The notes under the pieces: generated by a model
What the model was told of the DNA's origin: nothing
Database searches by the model: none
The model's input: only the letters and a program-made list of their open reading frames with translations
Translations under genes and position numbers: made by a program
Source of the DNA: Brevibacterium luteolum
GTDB taxonomy: Bacteria > Actinomycetota > Actinomycetes > Actinomycetales > Brevibacteriaceae
NCBI RefSeq assembly: GCF_013004595.1
Contig: NZ_JABEMC010000001.1
Coordinates: 248,001 to 312,000 of the forward strand
Length of the DNA: 64,000 nucleotides
Reading direction: 5' to 3'
Shown: one piece after another, positions 9,288 through 21,989 of the stretch
How positions within the stretch are numbered: the stretch's first letter is position 1
How the letters are laid out: the number at the start of each line of letters is the position of its first letter

Positions 9288-9776
9288 TCAGTGTCCTTCG
9301 GACTGGAAGCGCTTGATCGAGGCTTCGACCTCCGCCTCGGCTTCGGCACGGCCGACCCACGAGGAGCCCTTGACGTACTTGCCCGGCTCCAGGTCCTTGT
9401 AGTGGACGAAGAAGTGCTCGATCGCATCGAGGGTGAACTTATCGACGTCCTCGATGTCGGTGTAGGCATCCCAGCGCGGGTCGCCTGCGACCACACCGAG
9501 GACCTTGTCATCGCCGCCGGCCTCGTCTTCCATCTTGAACATGCCGATCGGGCGCACATCGACCTGGCAGCCGGGGAACACCGACTCGGTCAGCAGCACG
9601 AGCACGTCGAGCGGGTCGCCGTCCTCACCGAGGGTGTCCTCGAAGTAGCCGTAGTCGGCCGGGTACTCCATCGAGGTGTAGAGGTAGCGGTCGAGCTTGA
9701 CCCGGCCGGTCTCGTGGTCGACTTCGTACTTGTTGCGCGACCCCTTGGGGATCTCGACAGTTGCGAGCAGTTCCAT
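9288..9776 (-). CDS. ppa: Inorganic pyrophosphatase
   Basis: [32 protein letters not shown] motifs. Confidence 0.97.
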   Translation of the reverse strand: MELLATVEIPKGSRNKYEVDHETGRVKLDRYLYTSMEYPADYGYFEDTLGEDGDPLDVLVLLTESVFPGCQVDVRPIGMFKMEDEAGGDDKVLGVVAGDPRWDAYTDIEDVDKFTLDAIEHFFVHYKDLEPGKYVKGSSWVGRAEAEAEVEASIKRFQSEGH

Positions 9777-9867
9777 TGCGTCTCCTTGGTCAGCTCTGAG
9801 GTGACATCGGTCGGATGGGCGGTCGGCGGCGCTTCGGCAATCGCACCGAACTCACTTAGCATAGTGA

Positions 9868-11379
9868 ATGCGCCGCCGGCACACAGCACCGCCCCACAGG
9901 CCGCGCTCCCTGACCGCAATGCGAAAGAACCCGACAGTGGCCCACACCCGATCCACCCGGCGCGCAGCCCGCAGCCGCCGCCGGCTCACTGCTGGCATCG
10001 CAGCTGGAGCTGCGCTGGCGCTGCTGGCCGGATACGGAGTCGCTGACGCTTACGACCGGGTGCCCGGCATTCTGACGGTGGCCGAACCGATCCACATCGA
10101 CCCTGTGCCCAAACCCGAGGCGAACGCCGGCCAGCAGCAGCTCGCCAGCCCGCTGGACACCTCGGCGCCGGTGCCGGCAGACCTGGCCAGCCGGCTCGAT
10201 GAGCTGTTCGACGACGAGCGGATGACCGGCCAGCTCAGCATCGACATCCGCGATGCGGCCACGAACGTCGTCCTCTACACCCGCGGGGAGGCCAGCGCGA
10301 AGACCCCGGCCTCGGTGACGAAGGTGCTCACCGGTGCGGCCGCGCTCTTAAGCCTCGGCGGCGAATCCCGGTTCACCACCACGGCAGCGCTGACCAGCAC
10401 AGACGGCGGTCCGGCCCAGCTGCACCTCATCGGCGGCGGCGACGTGCTGCTCGGACTCGGCGAGTCCGATCCCATGCAGGTGATGGGCCATGCCGGCCTG
10501 GCGACCCTGGCCGAGGAGACCGCCGAACAGCTCAGGGCGCGCGGCATCAGCTCCGTGCAGTTGTCAGCCGACGTCTCGCGCTACACCGGCCCGACCTACA
10601 ACGACGGCTGGGAGCCTGGCGACATCGGCCATGGCTTCATCACCCACATCAGCCCGCTCATGACCGAATCCGGCTGGACGAAGCTTGAGCGCGGGGCGCC
10701 CCGGCACGCCGATCCCGTGCAGGTGGCCGTCGACCAGTTCGCCGAGGCGCTCGCCGCCCACGGCATCGACGCCGAGGTGGGCGAACCGGCCGCGGCCGGC
10801 GACGGTGCCGAACAACTCGCCCAGGTCGAGTCCGCGCCGGTCTCAGCGGTCGTGCAGAACATGATGCTCGCCAGCGACAACGTCTCCGCCGAGGTGCTCG
10901 GCCGGGAGGTCGCGCTCGCCGCCGGCAAGCCCGGCTCCGGTGCCGAGTCGCCGCTGGCGGTCATCGAGACGCTGCGCAGCGCCGGACTCGACACCGGGTC
11001 GATCGCACTGGAGGACGTCTCCGGGCTCAACTACGGCAACCGGATCTCCGCCCACGACCTCACCACTCTCATCCGGGCCGCGGCCGCCTCCGACGGCGAC
11101 CTCTCCAGGCTCATCCCCGGCATGCCCGTCGGCGGGCTGTCGGGCACCCTGGCCGAACGCTACGAGGACCCGGAGACGACACCGGCCGCCGGGCGGGTCA
11201 ACGCCAAGACCGGCACACTGCGCACGGTCACGAGCCTGGCCGGCACCGTGCTCACCGCTGACGGCCGGCTGCTCGTCTTCTCCCTCATGGCCGACGACCT
11301 GCAGCCGGGCACGGCCGGACGCGGACGCGAGGTCTTCGACGAAGCCGTCACCCTGCTCGCAGAATGCGGCTGCTCATGA
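9868..11379 (+). CDS. dacB: D-alanyl-D-alanine carboxypeptidase/endopeptidase (PBP4); start may be 9919
   Basis: PASVTK (SxxK), SDN and KTG motifs; N-terminal membrane anchor; conserved ppa-dacB-tilS-hpt-ftsH order. Confidence 0.93.
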   Translation: MRRRHTAPPHRPRSLTAMRKNPTVAHTRSTRRAARSRRRLTAGIAAGAALALLAGYGVADAYDRVPGILTVAEPIHIDPVPKPEANAGQQQLASPLDTSAPVPADLASRLDELFDDERMTGQLSIDIRDAATNVVLYTRGEASAKTPASVTKVLTGAAALLSLGGESRFTTTAALTSTDGGPAQLHLIGGGDVLLGLGESDPMQVMGHAGLATLAEETAEQLRARGISSVQLSADVSRYTGPTYNDGWEPGDIGHGFITHISPLMTESGWTKLERGAPRHADPVQVAVDQFAEALAAHGIDAEVGEPAAAGDGAEQLAQVESAPVSAVVQNMMLASDNVSAEVLGREVALAAGKPGSGAESPLAVIETLRSAGLDTGSIALEDVSGLNYGNRISAHDLTTLIRAAAASDGDLSRLIPGMPVGGLSGTLAERYEDPETTPAAGRVNAKTGTLRTVTSLAGTVLTADGRLLVFSLMADDLQPGTAGRGREVFDEAVTLLAECGCS

Positions 11380-12515
11380 CCACACCTCGCCCTCACGACC
11401 CGGCAGCTTCCGGCTGGGTGTCCGTCGACGCCGTCCGCCAGACTGCAGCCGAACTCCTCGGCGCCGGCCGGCTGCCCGAACCGGACGATGCGGCAGCGCT
11501 GGTCGAGGAGCTGCGCGAGGACGCTGAGACCGCTATCGACCTCGTGCTCACCGTCATGCGGATGGACACCGAGACCGACACCCGGATCCGGCGCCGGCTG
11601 GCCGAAGGCCGCACGCTCATCGTCGACCGGCTCAGCTGGGTCGAGGCCAACGCCCAGTCCTTCGGCCGCGTGCTTGCCGACGCCGCAGCAGCCACCGGGA
11701 CGCCGGACCCCAGCCGCGCCCAACGGTGGGCGAGCTCGGTGGAGATGGGCGCAGCTCTGGCGATCGTCGGTTCGCGGGTGCTCGGCCAGTTCGACCCCTT
11801 CACCGCTGACGGCCGGCTGCTGCTCGCAGCCCCGAACATCCTCACCGTCGAACGCGAACTCGGCGTCCCCGCCCGCGACTTCCGGCTGTGGGTCGCCGTG
11901 CACGAACGCACCCACCACGTCCAGTTCGCCGCCGCCCCCTGGCTGCAGGCACACCTGCAGGAGCGGATGCAGGCCTTCCTCGCCCCCGTCATCACCGGCA
12001 GTCTGCCCGGCCGATCCCGTCAGCCCGGCGGCATCGAGAACCCCGGGCTCGTCGAGACCCTCGCCGCGCTCGCCCGCGCGCTCAGAGACGACACGAGTAT
12101 CATCGACACGCTCATCGGGCCCCGGCATGCCGAGCTGCTCGATGAGGTCACCGCGCTCATGAGCCTGCTTGAAGGCCACGCCGATGTCGTCATGGACGCC
12201 GTCGGCCCCGGCGTCATCCCGAGCGTGCGCCGCATCCGCGCAGCCTTCGACACCCACCGGCATTCGGCGACCGGCATCAAGGCGATCGTCAACCGGGTCC
12301 TCGGCATCGACGAGAAGCTCGCCCAGTACACCCGCGGCGCCGCGTTCGTCCGTGCTGTCGTGCGCAAGCACGGGCATGCCGGGCTCAACCGCGTGTGGGA
12401 ATCCCCGGAGAACCTGCCGAGCCTGCACGAGATCGAACACCCCGCCGACTGGGTCGCCCGCGTCCTCGACGCCCCGGAGCAACCAGGCCCGCTGAGCCCG
12501 CCGGAGCAGATGTGA
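11376..12515 (+). CDS. Zinc-dependent metalloprotease (DUF2342 type)
   Basis: LGQFDP, HERTHHVQF (HExxH), MSLLEGHAD, K..QY..G..FV. Confidence 0.9.
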   Translation: MTTPRPHDPAASGWVSVDAVRQTAAELLGAGRLPEPDDAAALVEELREDAETAIDLVLTVMRMDTETDTRIRRRLAEGRTLIVDRLSWVEANAQSFGRVLADAAAATGTPDPSRAQRWASSVEMGAALAIVGSRVLGQFDPFTADGRLLLAAPNILTVERELGVPARDFRLWVAVHERTHHVQFAAAPWLQAHLQERMQAFLAPVITGSLPGRSRQPGGIENPGLVETLAALARALRDDTSIIDTLIGPRHAELLDEVTALMSLLEGHADVVMDAVGPGVIPSVRRIRAAFDTHRHSATGIKAIVNRVLGIDEKLAQYTRGAAFVRAVVRKHGHAGLNRVWESPENLPSLHEIEHPADWVARVLDAPEQPGPLSPPEQM

Positions 12516-13627
12516 CCGGCAGGCGCCCGCGGCTCGATGCGGCCACGGCCGCGATCCGGAATGCGCTGCGCAGCTTCCTCGACACCGCCGTCGCCCGCCT
12601 GCCCGCCTCTGATTCCACGGCTGAGCCTGCCGCCGGCGATCCGGTCCGGCTCATCATCGCCGTCTCCGGGGGAGCCGACTCCCTGGCCCTGGCCGATGCC
12701 GCCGCCTTCCTCACCACCCGCCCCGCAGGCCTGACAGCAGCCGGCCGGCCCATCGAGATGACAGCAGCGACCGTCGACCACGGCCTGCAGCCAGCCACCG
12801 CCGAGGTGTGCGCGACCGTGCGCGATCACCTCACCGACCGCGGCCTGCCGACCACCGTCCTCACCCACCCGGTCACCACCGGACCGGAGGGCCTCGAAGC
12901 CGCCGCCCGCACCACCCGCTACACAGCACTCGACGAGCACCGCCGCCAGCTCGGCGCTGCCGCCGTGCTCACCGCCCACACCCGTGACGACCAAGCCGAA
13001 ACCGTGCTCCTCGGCATGGCCCGCGGGTCCGGCGCCCGCTCACTGGCCGGGATGCGGGCTGTCAGCACCGTCGCCGGGTGCCCGGTGTGGCGGCCGCTGC
13101 TGGACATCACCCGTCAGCAGACCACCGCCTCGGCTGCGGCACGGCACCTGCCCGTCTGGCACGACCCGATGAACGACGACCCCGCCTACGCCCGGGTGCG
13201 GGCCCGCCAGCAGGCATTGCCGGCACTCGAAGCCGCGCTCGGCCCCGGCATCGCCGACGCACTCGCCCGCACCGCCGGGCAGCTCGCCGCCGACACCGAC
13301 GCACTCGATCACTGGGCCGCAGGCGCCAGCGCCACCCACACCTCGGGCACGGAAACCCACGCGAGCCTGGCCGCGCTGCCGGCAGCGATCCGCACCCGCG
13401 TGCTGCGCGCCTGGCTGCACACGGGCACTGGCCGGGCTCAGGAGGTCACCGCGGCCCACATCTTCGCCGTCGACGATCTGGCCACCGGCCGCAGGCTCGG
13501 CAAGGTCTCCGTGCCAGCCGCCGCCGAGGTGGTGCGAACCAGGCGCGGACAGGGTCCGGCAGGCCTGCGGTTCCAGCCGGCCGACCGCCGTGAGAACGAT
13601 GCGCCACCGGCTGCCGATAGGCGCTAG
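12512..13627 (+). CDS. tilS: tRNA(Ile)-lysidine synthetase
   Basis: SGGADS PP-loop, VDHGLQ, EAAAR..RY, AHT.DDQAET, RPLL. Confidence 0.95.
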   Translation: MTGRRPRLDAATAAIRNALRSFLDTAVARLPASDSTAEPAAGDPVRLIIAVSGGADSLALADAAAFLTTRPAGLTAAGRPIEMTAATVDHGLQPATAEVCATVRDHLTDRGLPTTVLTHPVTTGPEGLEAAARTTRYTALDEHRRQLGAAAVLTAHTRDDQAETVLLGMARGSGARSLAGMRAVSTVAGCPVWRPLLDITRQQTTASAAARHLPVWHDPMNDDPAYARVRARQQALPALEAALGPGIADALARTAGQLAADTDALDHWAAGASATHTSGTETHASLAALPAAIRTRVLRAWLHTGTGRAQEVTAAHIFAVDDLATGRRLGKVSVPAAAEVVRTRRGQGPAGLRFQPADRRENDAPPAADRR

Positions 13628-13698
13628 TGTTGGTCACGAACGGCAACAGGCATCAGCGCAGGGCGAGGAGTCGCCGGCGGACAAGGAGCTGACCCACT

Positions 13699-14250
13699 GT
13701 GGATGAAAAGGACCTCGGCACCGACATCGAGCGGATTCTCGTCACCGAAGCACAGATCAAGCACCGGCTCGTCGAGCTGGCAGCCGACATCGACCGCGAC
13801 TACGAAGGCAAGGACGTCCTGCTCGTCGGCGTGCTCAAGGGCGCGGTCATGGTGATGGCCGACCTCGCACGCGCGCTGCACTCGCCGCTGCGGATGGACT
13901 GGATGGCAGTCTCCTCCTACGGCTCGGGCACCAAGTCCTCCGGTGTCGTGCGGATCCTCAAGGACCTCGACACGGATCTGAAGGACCAGCATGTGCTCAT
14001 CGTCGAGGACATCATCGACTCCGGCCTGACCCTGTCCTGGCTGCTGGCGAACCTGCGCTCGCGCGGGGCCGCCTCCGTCGAGATCTGCACGATGCTGCGC
14101 AAGCCCGAGGCCCTCAAGGTCGACATCGACGTCCGCTATGTCGGCTTCGATGTGCCCAACGAGTTCGTCATCGGCTACGGCCTCGACTACGCCGAGAAGT
14201 ACCGCAACGTGCCCTTCGTCGCCACCCTGGCGCCGCACGTCTACGCCTGA
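13699..14250 (+). CDS. hpt: Hypoxanthine phosphoribosyltransferase
   Basis: VLKGA, VSSYG, LIVEDIIDSGLT, FVIGYGLD. Confidence 0.98.
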   Translation: MDEKDLGTDIERILVTEAQIKHRLVELAADIDRDYEGKDVLLVGVLKGAVMVMADLARALHSPLRMDWMAVSSYGSGTKSSGVVRILKDLDTDLKDQHVLIVEDIIDSGLTLSWLLANLRSRGAASVEICTMLRKPEALKVDIDVRYVGFDVPNEFVIGYGLDYAEKYRNVPFVATLAPHVYA

Positions 14251-14414
14251 GCCGAGGCGGTCGCCGGCCTGCATGGGCAGGTGCGGGTGTGATTCAGCGG
14301 CTTTCCGGAATATCCCACTAGGCTGAGCTCTTGTATCCTCAGGGGGTCACGCCTCAGCGGGCCTTGCACCCGGCGCACCTGAGCCCTGAGCACACATGAG
14401 TCCTGGAAGGATCA

Positions 14415-16622
<2,208 letters not shown>

Positions 16623-16623
16623 G

Positions 16624-17187
16624 ATGGTCGACCAGCCGCGCATCGAGGCGGCGGTCAGGGAGATCCTCCTCGCAGTCGGGGAGGACCCTGACCGCGACGG
16701 CCTGCGTGACACCCCCGCCCGGGTGGCGCGCTCCTATGAAGAGGTCTTCTCCGGCCTGCACAAGGACGCCGCCGATGTCCTCAGGGTCGTCTTCGACGTC
16801 GGTTACGACGAGATGGTGCTCGTGCGTGACATCGAGATGTACTCGACCTGCGAGCACCACCTCGTGCCCTTCCACGGCTCGGCCCACATCGGCTACATCC
16901 CAGGACCCGAGGGCAAGGTGACCGGGCTGTCGAAGCTCGCCCGCCTCGTCGAGATCTACGCCCGCCGCCCGCAGATCCAGGAACGGCTCACCAGTCAGAT
17001 CGCCGACGCGATCGTCGAGCACCTCGAACCGAGAGGTGCGATCGTCGTCATCGAAGCCGAGCACCTGTGCATGTCGATGCGCGGGGTGCAGAAGCCTGGG
17101 GCGACGACGATCTCCTCAGCCGTGCGCGGCCAGCTGCGCGACGCCGCCTCCAGGGCAGAGGCGATGAGCCTCATCCTCGGCCGCTGA
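16624..17187 (+). CDS. folE: GTP cyclohydrolase I
   Basis: [30 protein letters not shown]. Confidence 0.97.
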   Translation: MVDQPRIEAAVREILLAVGEDPDRDGLRDTPARVARSYEEVFSGLHKDAADVLRVVFDVGYDEMVLVRDIEMYSTCEHHLVPFHGSAHIGYIPGPEGKVTGLSKLARLVEIYARRPQIQERLTSQIADAIVEHLEPRGAIVVIEAEHLCMSMRGVQKPGATTISSAVRGQLRDAASRAEAMSLILGR

Positions 17188-17213
17188 GCCCACCTCAAGC
17201 GAAGGAGCAGCTG

Positions 17214-18110
17214 ATGCGCACCCAGATCATGGGCGTCCTCAACGTCACCCCCGACTCGTTCTCCGACGGGGGCCGGTGGTTCGACTTCAGTGCGGCCGTC
17301 GACCACGGCCTCCAGCTGCTGGCCAACGGTGCCGACATCATCGACATCGGCGGCGAATCGACCAGACCCGGCAGCACCCGGGTGTCGGCCGAGGAGGAAG
17401 CCCGCCGCGTCATCCCCGTCATCAGGAAGCTCGCCGCCCAGGGCGCGGTCATCAGCATCGACACGATGCGCGCCGACATCGCCCGCCAGGCCATCGACGC
17501 CGGTGCGGCGATCATCAACGATGTCTCCGCCGGCCAAGCCGAAGCCGCGATGCTCAAAGCCGCAGGCGAAGCCGGCGTGCCGATCATCCTCATGCACTGG
17601 CGCGGACTGCTCTCCGACGCGACCGCCCGCTACCACTACGACGACGTCGTCGCCGAAGTCCAGGCCGAACTCACCGAGCGCATCGAGGCCGCCCGCACCG
17701 CCGGAGTCGCCGATGAGGACATCATCATCGACCCCGGCATCGGGTTCTCGAAGAACGCCGAGCACAACTGGCAGCTGCTCGCCCAGATCGAACGCTTCAC
17801 CGAACTCGGCCCCCGCCTGCTCGTGGCTGCCAGCCGCAAACGGTTTATCTCCACCCTGCTCGGGGCCGAGAAGTCCGATGACATCCCGCTTGCCGACCGC
17901 GATGCCGCGACCGCCGCGATCACCGCGATCTCCGCCCAGGCAGGTGCGTGGGCGGTGCGCGTGCACGAACCGCGCGCCTCACTCATCGCCGCACAGGTCG
18001 CCGAGGCGATCAGCGCCCACCGGCCCCACACGCGCCCGCTGCCACTCGACCTGCCGGAGAACCCGGCCACCGCCTCGGGCACGGAAATCCGGCCCCCCTG
18101 GCCGACCTGA
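17214..18110 (+). CDS. folP: Dihydropteroate synthase
   Basis: GVLNVTPDSFSDGG, GGESTRPG, DPGIGF, SRKRF, VRVH. Confidence 0.97.
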   Translation: MRTQIMGVLNVTPDSFSDGGRWFDFSAAVDHGLQLLANGADIIDIGGESTRPGSTRVSAEEEARRVIPVIRKLAAQGAVISIDTMRADIARQAIDAGAAIINDVSAGQAEAAMLKAAGEAGVPIILMHWRGLLSDATARYHYDDVVAEVQAELTERIEAARTAGVADEDIIIDPGIGFSKNAEHNWQLLAQIERFTELGPRLLVAASRKRFISTLLGAEKSDDIPLADRDAATAAITAISAQAGAWAVRVHEPRASLIAAQVAEAISAHRPHTRPLPLDLPENPATASGTEIRPPWPT

Positions 18111-18176
18111 GCCCAGAGCGCGAAACCGCCGGGCGCAGTACGGTAGAGACCAACGACGACACGACAGGGAGACACA

Positions 18177-19145
18177 GTGGCCGACCGCACGCGCGCAGGC
18201 GACGCCATCACGCTGACCGGGCTGAAGGTCTACGGCTACCACGGCGTGTTCGACTTCGAGCGCCGCGAAGGCCAGGACTTCATCGTCGACGTCACCCTGC
18301 ACACCGACACCCGCGCGGCAGCCGCCTCCGATGCGCTCGTTGACACCGCCGACTACGGCACCCTGGCCGAGGACATCGCCGCGATCATCGCAGGTGAGCC
18401 GCTCAACCTCATCGAAACGCTCGCCGAGCGCATCGCCGATCACTGCCTCACCGTCGCGGATTCCGCGACCGTCACCGTGCACAAGCCCGCCGCGCCCGTG
18501 CCGGTCGCCTTCGACGACGTCAGCGTCACCATCACCCGCCCCGCACCCGAGACGCCGGCCGGCTCCCTGCCCGCGCCCGAGGCGGGGGACACCCGCGCCG
18601 AGAGCACCGGCCTGCAGGCGGTGCTCGGGCTCGGTGCCAACCTCGGCCAGCCGCTCGAGGCGCTGCGCGCAACCGTGACCGCCCTCGACACCCATCCCGA
18701 CATCAGCGTCGAGGCGTGCTCGACGGCGTTTGCGACGAAACCGGTCGGTGGAATCGACCAGCCCGACTTCACCAATGCCGTGGCGATCGTGACGACCGAA
18801 CTGTCACCGCTGCAGCTGCTCGGTGTGTGCCAGGGCATTGAACTCGCCCACGGCCGGACCCGTGAGACCCGCTGGGGCCCGCGCACCCTCGACATCGACC
18901 TCATCCGCTGCACCCGCACCGGCAGCCTCGACGACGCGGCCGCCGAGATCACCTGCGAGACCGGCCAGCTCGTCCTGCCTCACCCGCGGGCCGCCGAACG
19001 CGCCTTCGTGCTTGCCCCCTGGGCCCAGCTGCGCCCTGATGCCACGGTGGCCACCGCCTCGGGCACGGTGCCGCTCAGCACCGCCCTCACCCGCGCTGAC
19101 GACGGCGGCGGGCTGCGCGATACCGGTGAGGCGATCGGGTTATGA
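18177..19145 (+). CDS. folBK: Fused dihydroneopterin aldolase / HPPK (FolB-FolK)
   Basis: N-terminal GYHGV..ER..GQ.F.VD, DYG, LIETLA, HKP.AP (FolB); C-terminal GLGANLG, Q.DF.N, RWGPRTLDIDL, LPHPR..ERAFVL (FolK). Confidence 0.93.
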   Translation: MADRTRAGDAITLTGLKVYGYHGVFDFERREGQDFIVDVTLHTDTRAAAASDALVDTADYGTLAEDIAAIIAGEPLNLIETLAERIADHCLTVADSATVTVHKPAAPVPVAFDDVSVTITRPAPETPAGSLPAPEAGDTRAESTGLQAVLGLGANLGQPLEALRATVTALDTHPDISVEACSTAFATKPVGGIDQPDFTNAVAIVTTELSPLQLLGVCQGIELAHGRTRETRWGPRTLDIDLIRCTRTGSLDDAAAEITCETGQLVLPHPRAAERAFVLAPWAQLRPDATVATASGTVPLSTALTRADDGGGLRDTGEAIGL

Positions 19146-19603
19146 CGCAGACGAAACCGGCCCAGCTGCTGACCTGGGGGATCCTCGGCATCATAGTGGC
19201 GCTCGGCTTCAACTACATCTGGGAGTCCCTCGGCCAGGCGCTGCCGGGCCTGCCGTGGCCGGCGATCATCGGCATGCTCGCACTGTCGATCGTGCTGCTG
19301 ATCCTCGGCTGGCCGATCAAGAAATGGAACGACGGTGACCGCACCAAGGAACTCGACCACGTCAAAGCCGCCCGCGTGGCGATGATGGCCAAGGCCGCAG
19401 CACTTGCCGGGTCGCTGCTGACCGGCTGGTACCTCGGAGGCACCATGTACCTCGTCGTCAGCGCCGCCGGCGTGCGCGCCGAACAGGCCGGCGGGATGCT
19501 GCTGGCCGTCGCAGCCGCCGCCATCGTCATGGTCGTCGGGCTCGTCGTCGAGTCCTTCTGCCAACTCCCACCCGACGACACTGCAGGAGCAGATACCGCA
19601 TGA
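19142..19603 (+). CDS. DUF3180-like membrane protein
   Basis: Four TM segments, AKAAA..G and E.FC.LPPD ending; usual position after folK. Confidence 0.85.
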   Translation: MTQTKPAQLLTWGILGIIVALGFNYIWESLGQALPGLPWPAIIGMLALSIVLLILGWPIKKWNDGDRTKELDHVKAARVAMMAKAAALAGSLLTGWYLGGTMYLVVSAAGVRAEQAGGMLLAVAAAAIVMVVGLVVESFCQLPPDDTAGADTA

Positions 19604-20154
19604 GCATCCCCGCCCCACCACCGCAGCCGCCCCGCCAGCCGGAGCCACCCCAACGCCCGGTGCAGCCGGGCCCGCTGCCCCCGCCCGAGGCCGGGGTCGC
19701 CTTCCAGCCGGTGGACCGCAAGTACGCCTACGCCCGGCTGCTGACCGAGGCGATCTTCCTGGTCGGCGCACTCATCGTCGTCCTCGTCGTCGGCATCCTG
19801 TTCTGGAAGCCGCTGATGTGGATCGGCCTGCCGGTCATCGCCGCCTGGGCGATCTTCGCCGTGTGGCTCATCTTCCGGCAGACGAAGGCTCTCGGTTACG
19901 CCGAACGCGCCTCCGATCTGCTCGTGCGCCACGGCATCATGTTCCACACCACCTCAGTCGTGCCCTACGGCCGGCTGCAGTACGTCGAAGTGTCCTCCGG
20001 GCCGATTGAGCGGATGTTCGGCCTGGCTGGCGTCGAGCTGCACACCGCCTCGGCCTCAACCGACGCGACGATCCCCGGCCTGCCGCGCGCCGAGGCCGAA
20101 CGGCTGCGCGATGAGCTGGCCACTCGCGGTGAGTCCCAGCTGGCAGGCTTGTGA
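19600..20154 (+). CDS. Bacterial PH-domain membrane protein (YdbS-like)
   Basis: Two TM segments then G......VPYGRLQYV....GP..R.FGLA...LHTA...IPGL. Confidence 0.88.
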   Translation: MSIPAPPPQPPRQPEPPQRPVQPGPLPPPEAGVAFQPVDRKYAYARLLTEAIFLVGALIVVLVVGILFWKPLMWIGLPVIAAWAIFAVWLIFRQTKALGYAERASDLLVRHGIMFHTTSVVPYGRLQYVEVSSGPIERMFGLAGVELHTASASTDATIPGLPRAEAERLRDELATRGESQLAGL

Positions 20155-21989
20155 TGGCCCATCCCGAACCCGGCCAGCCCCAGAACGTCCAGCCGGACGT
20201 CCCGCCGTCGGTTGTCGACGCCCCGACCGGTGACGCCGGCTGGACGCGCGTCCACCCGCTGACCCCGGCGATCAACCTCGTCGCGATCATCGTGGCGGTC
20301 ATCGCCGGCCTCATCGCCTTCGGCCAGTCGGTCCTCGACTCGATCATCCGGGCGATCCGCGAAGGCCGCCCACCGGACATGGGCTTCTTCGCCTGGATGG
20401 GCCAGAACGGGCTGCTGTGGGTGGCCGCGGCAGCACTGGCTGTCCTGCTCATCATCGGGCTGCTCAACTACCTGCTGTGGCGGGCGATGGCCTACCGCGT
20501 CGACGACGAAGCCGTCTACCTGCGCGAGACCCTCATCAGCCGCAAACTGCGCTCCGCCCGCCTCGACCGCGTCCAGTCGATCGACGTCTACCAGAAGATC
20601 CTCCCGCGCATCTTCGGGCTGGCCGGCCTCGTCTTCGACGTCGCCGGCGGCTCGGATTCGAAGATCGAGATCGCCTACCTCACCCGCAGCCAGGCCGAGA
20701 GCCTGCGCGCGGAGATGCTCACCCGGGTGCGGGCAGCCAAGCAACGCACCGCGCCCGAGGCGCCGGGCACCCAGGCAGGCGCGCCCACCCCCGCAGACGG
20801 TGCCGTCGACGGCCAGGTGCCCACCGCCTCGGGAACGGGGGAGGGGACCGCGATCACCCAGCCGGATGTCCATGCCCGTGAGCTGCGCACCGGCGACACG
20901 CTCGGTGCGCGCGTCATGCGCGCCGTGCACGGGGCCGCCGGCGAGGTGACCGCCGATGCCGAGCAGACGCTGCACGAGGTGCTCGCCCCGTACCGGGTGA
21001 GCCCGCGCACCGATGCCGAGGGGCGGATCGTGCGGATCCCCGCCCACATCGTCATCCTCTCCCAGCTCTTCACCCTCGGGGTGATCCTCTTGGGGCTGCT
21101 GCTCATCGCCGCGGCCGGGTTCTTCATCGTCATGGCCGTCTTCTTCCCCGGCCGGATCAGCCTCACGATCGCGCTGAGCTTCCTGCCGGCGATCTTCGGC
21201 CTCCTCGCCTACGCGCGGAGCACCTTCACCAACGCGAACTTCTCCGCCAGCCTGTCCGAGGACGGCCTGCAGGTGGCCCGCGGGCTGCTGTCGACCTCCC
21301 GGCGCACGATCCGGCTTGAGCGCATCCAGGCGGTGCGGATGAGCCAGCCGCTGCTGTGGCGGCTGACCGGCTGGTGGAAGGTCGAGTTCAACATGGCCGG
21401 CGGGGAGACCGGCGACGGGGACGGCGACAACGTGCTGCTGCCAGTCGGCAGCCGCGAGCAGGCGCTCATGATGCTCGCCCTCGCCCTGCCCGATCCGCAG
21501 CCGTCCGACGGCATCGACGCCCACACTCTCTTCGCCGCCGCGATGTACGGCGATGAGGCTGCCAAGATCACCGATGCCGACCCGGCTGCGCTCGCCACTG
21601 TCGAGCAGCGCTTCGTCGGCCAGCCGCCCTCCAGCCGGTGGCTCGACCCGCTGACGTACAAGCGCAACGGGTGGACGGTGACCGGTTCGATGCTCATCAT
21701 CCGCTCCGGCTGGCTCACCCGCCAGGTCACCTGCACCCCGCACGCCCGCGTGCAGTCGATGCGCTGGCACCAGGGCCCGCTGCAGCGCCGCTTCGATCTC
21801 GCCAGCATCAACCTCGACTCGACCGCCGGGCCGATCGCCGCCTGCGTGCTGCACCAGTCGATCCCGGTCAGCTGGCAGTTCTTTTTCGACCACGCCGAAC
21901 GCACCCGCTCCGCCCGCGAAGTCCTCGACGGCCGGACACCGGCAGCAGCACAGCAGACGACACCACAGCACGAGGGAGGAACGGTATGA
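20151..21989 (+). CDS. Multi-PH-domain membrane protein (YdbT-like)
   Basis: W.RVHPLTP start; three RVQS/RIQA bPH_2-type repeats. Confidence 0.88.
   Translation: MMAHPEPGQPQNVQPDVPPSVVDAPTGDAGWTRVHPLTPAINLVAIIVAVIAGLIAFGQSVLDSIIRAIREGRPPDMGFFAWMGQNGLLWVAAAALAVLLIIGLLNYLLWRAMAYRVDDEAVYLRETLISRKLRSARLDRVQSIDVYQKILPRIFGLAGLVFDVAGGSDSKIEIAYLTRSQAESLRAEMLTRVRAAKQRTAPEAPGTQAGAPTPADGAVDGQVPTASGTGEGTAITQPDVHARELRTGDTLGARVMRAVHGAAGEVTADAEQTLHEVLAPYRVSPRTDAEGRIVRIPAHIVILSQLFTLGVILLGLLLIAAAGFFIVMAVFFPGRISLTIALSFLPAIFGLLAYARSTFTNANFSASLSEDGLQVARGLLSTSRRTIRLERIQAVRMSQPLLWRLTGWWKVEFNMAGGETGDGDGDNVLLPVGSREQALMMLALALPDPQPSDGIDAHTLFAAAMYGDEAAKITDADPAALATVEQRFVGQPPSSRWLDPLTYKRNGWTVTGSMLIIRSGWLTRQVTCTPHARVQSMRWHQGPLQRRFDLASINLDSTAGPIAACVLHQSIPVSWQFFFDHAERTRSAREVLDGRTPAAAQQTTPQHEGGTV

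Noticed and set aside
14307..14332. SigH promoter for ftsH
   Set aside because: GGAAT-N18 is followed by CTT rather than GTT; too weak to call.
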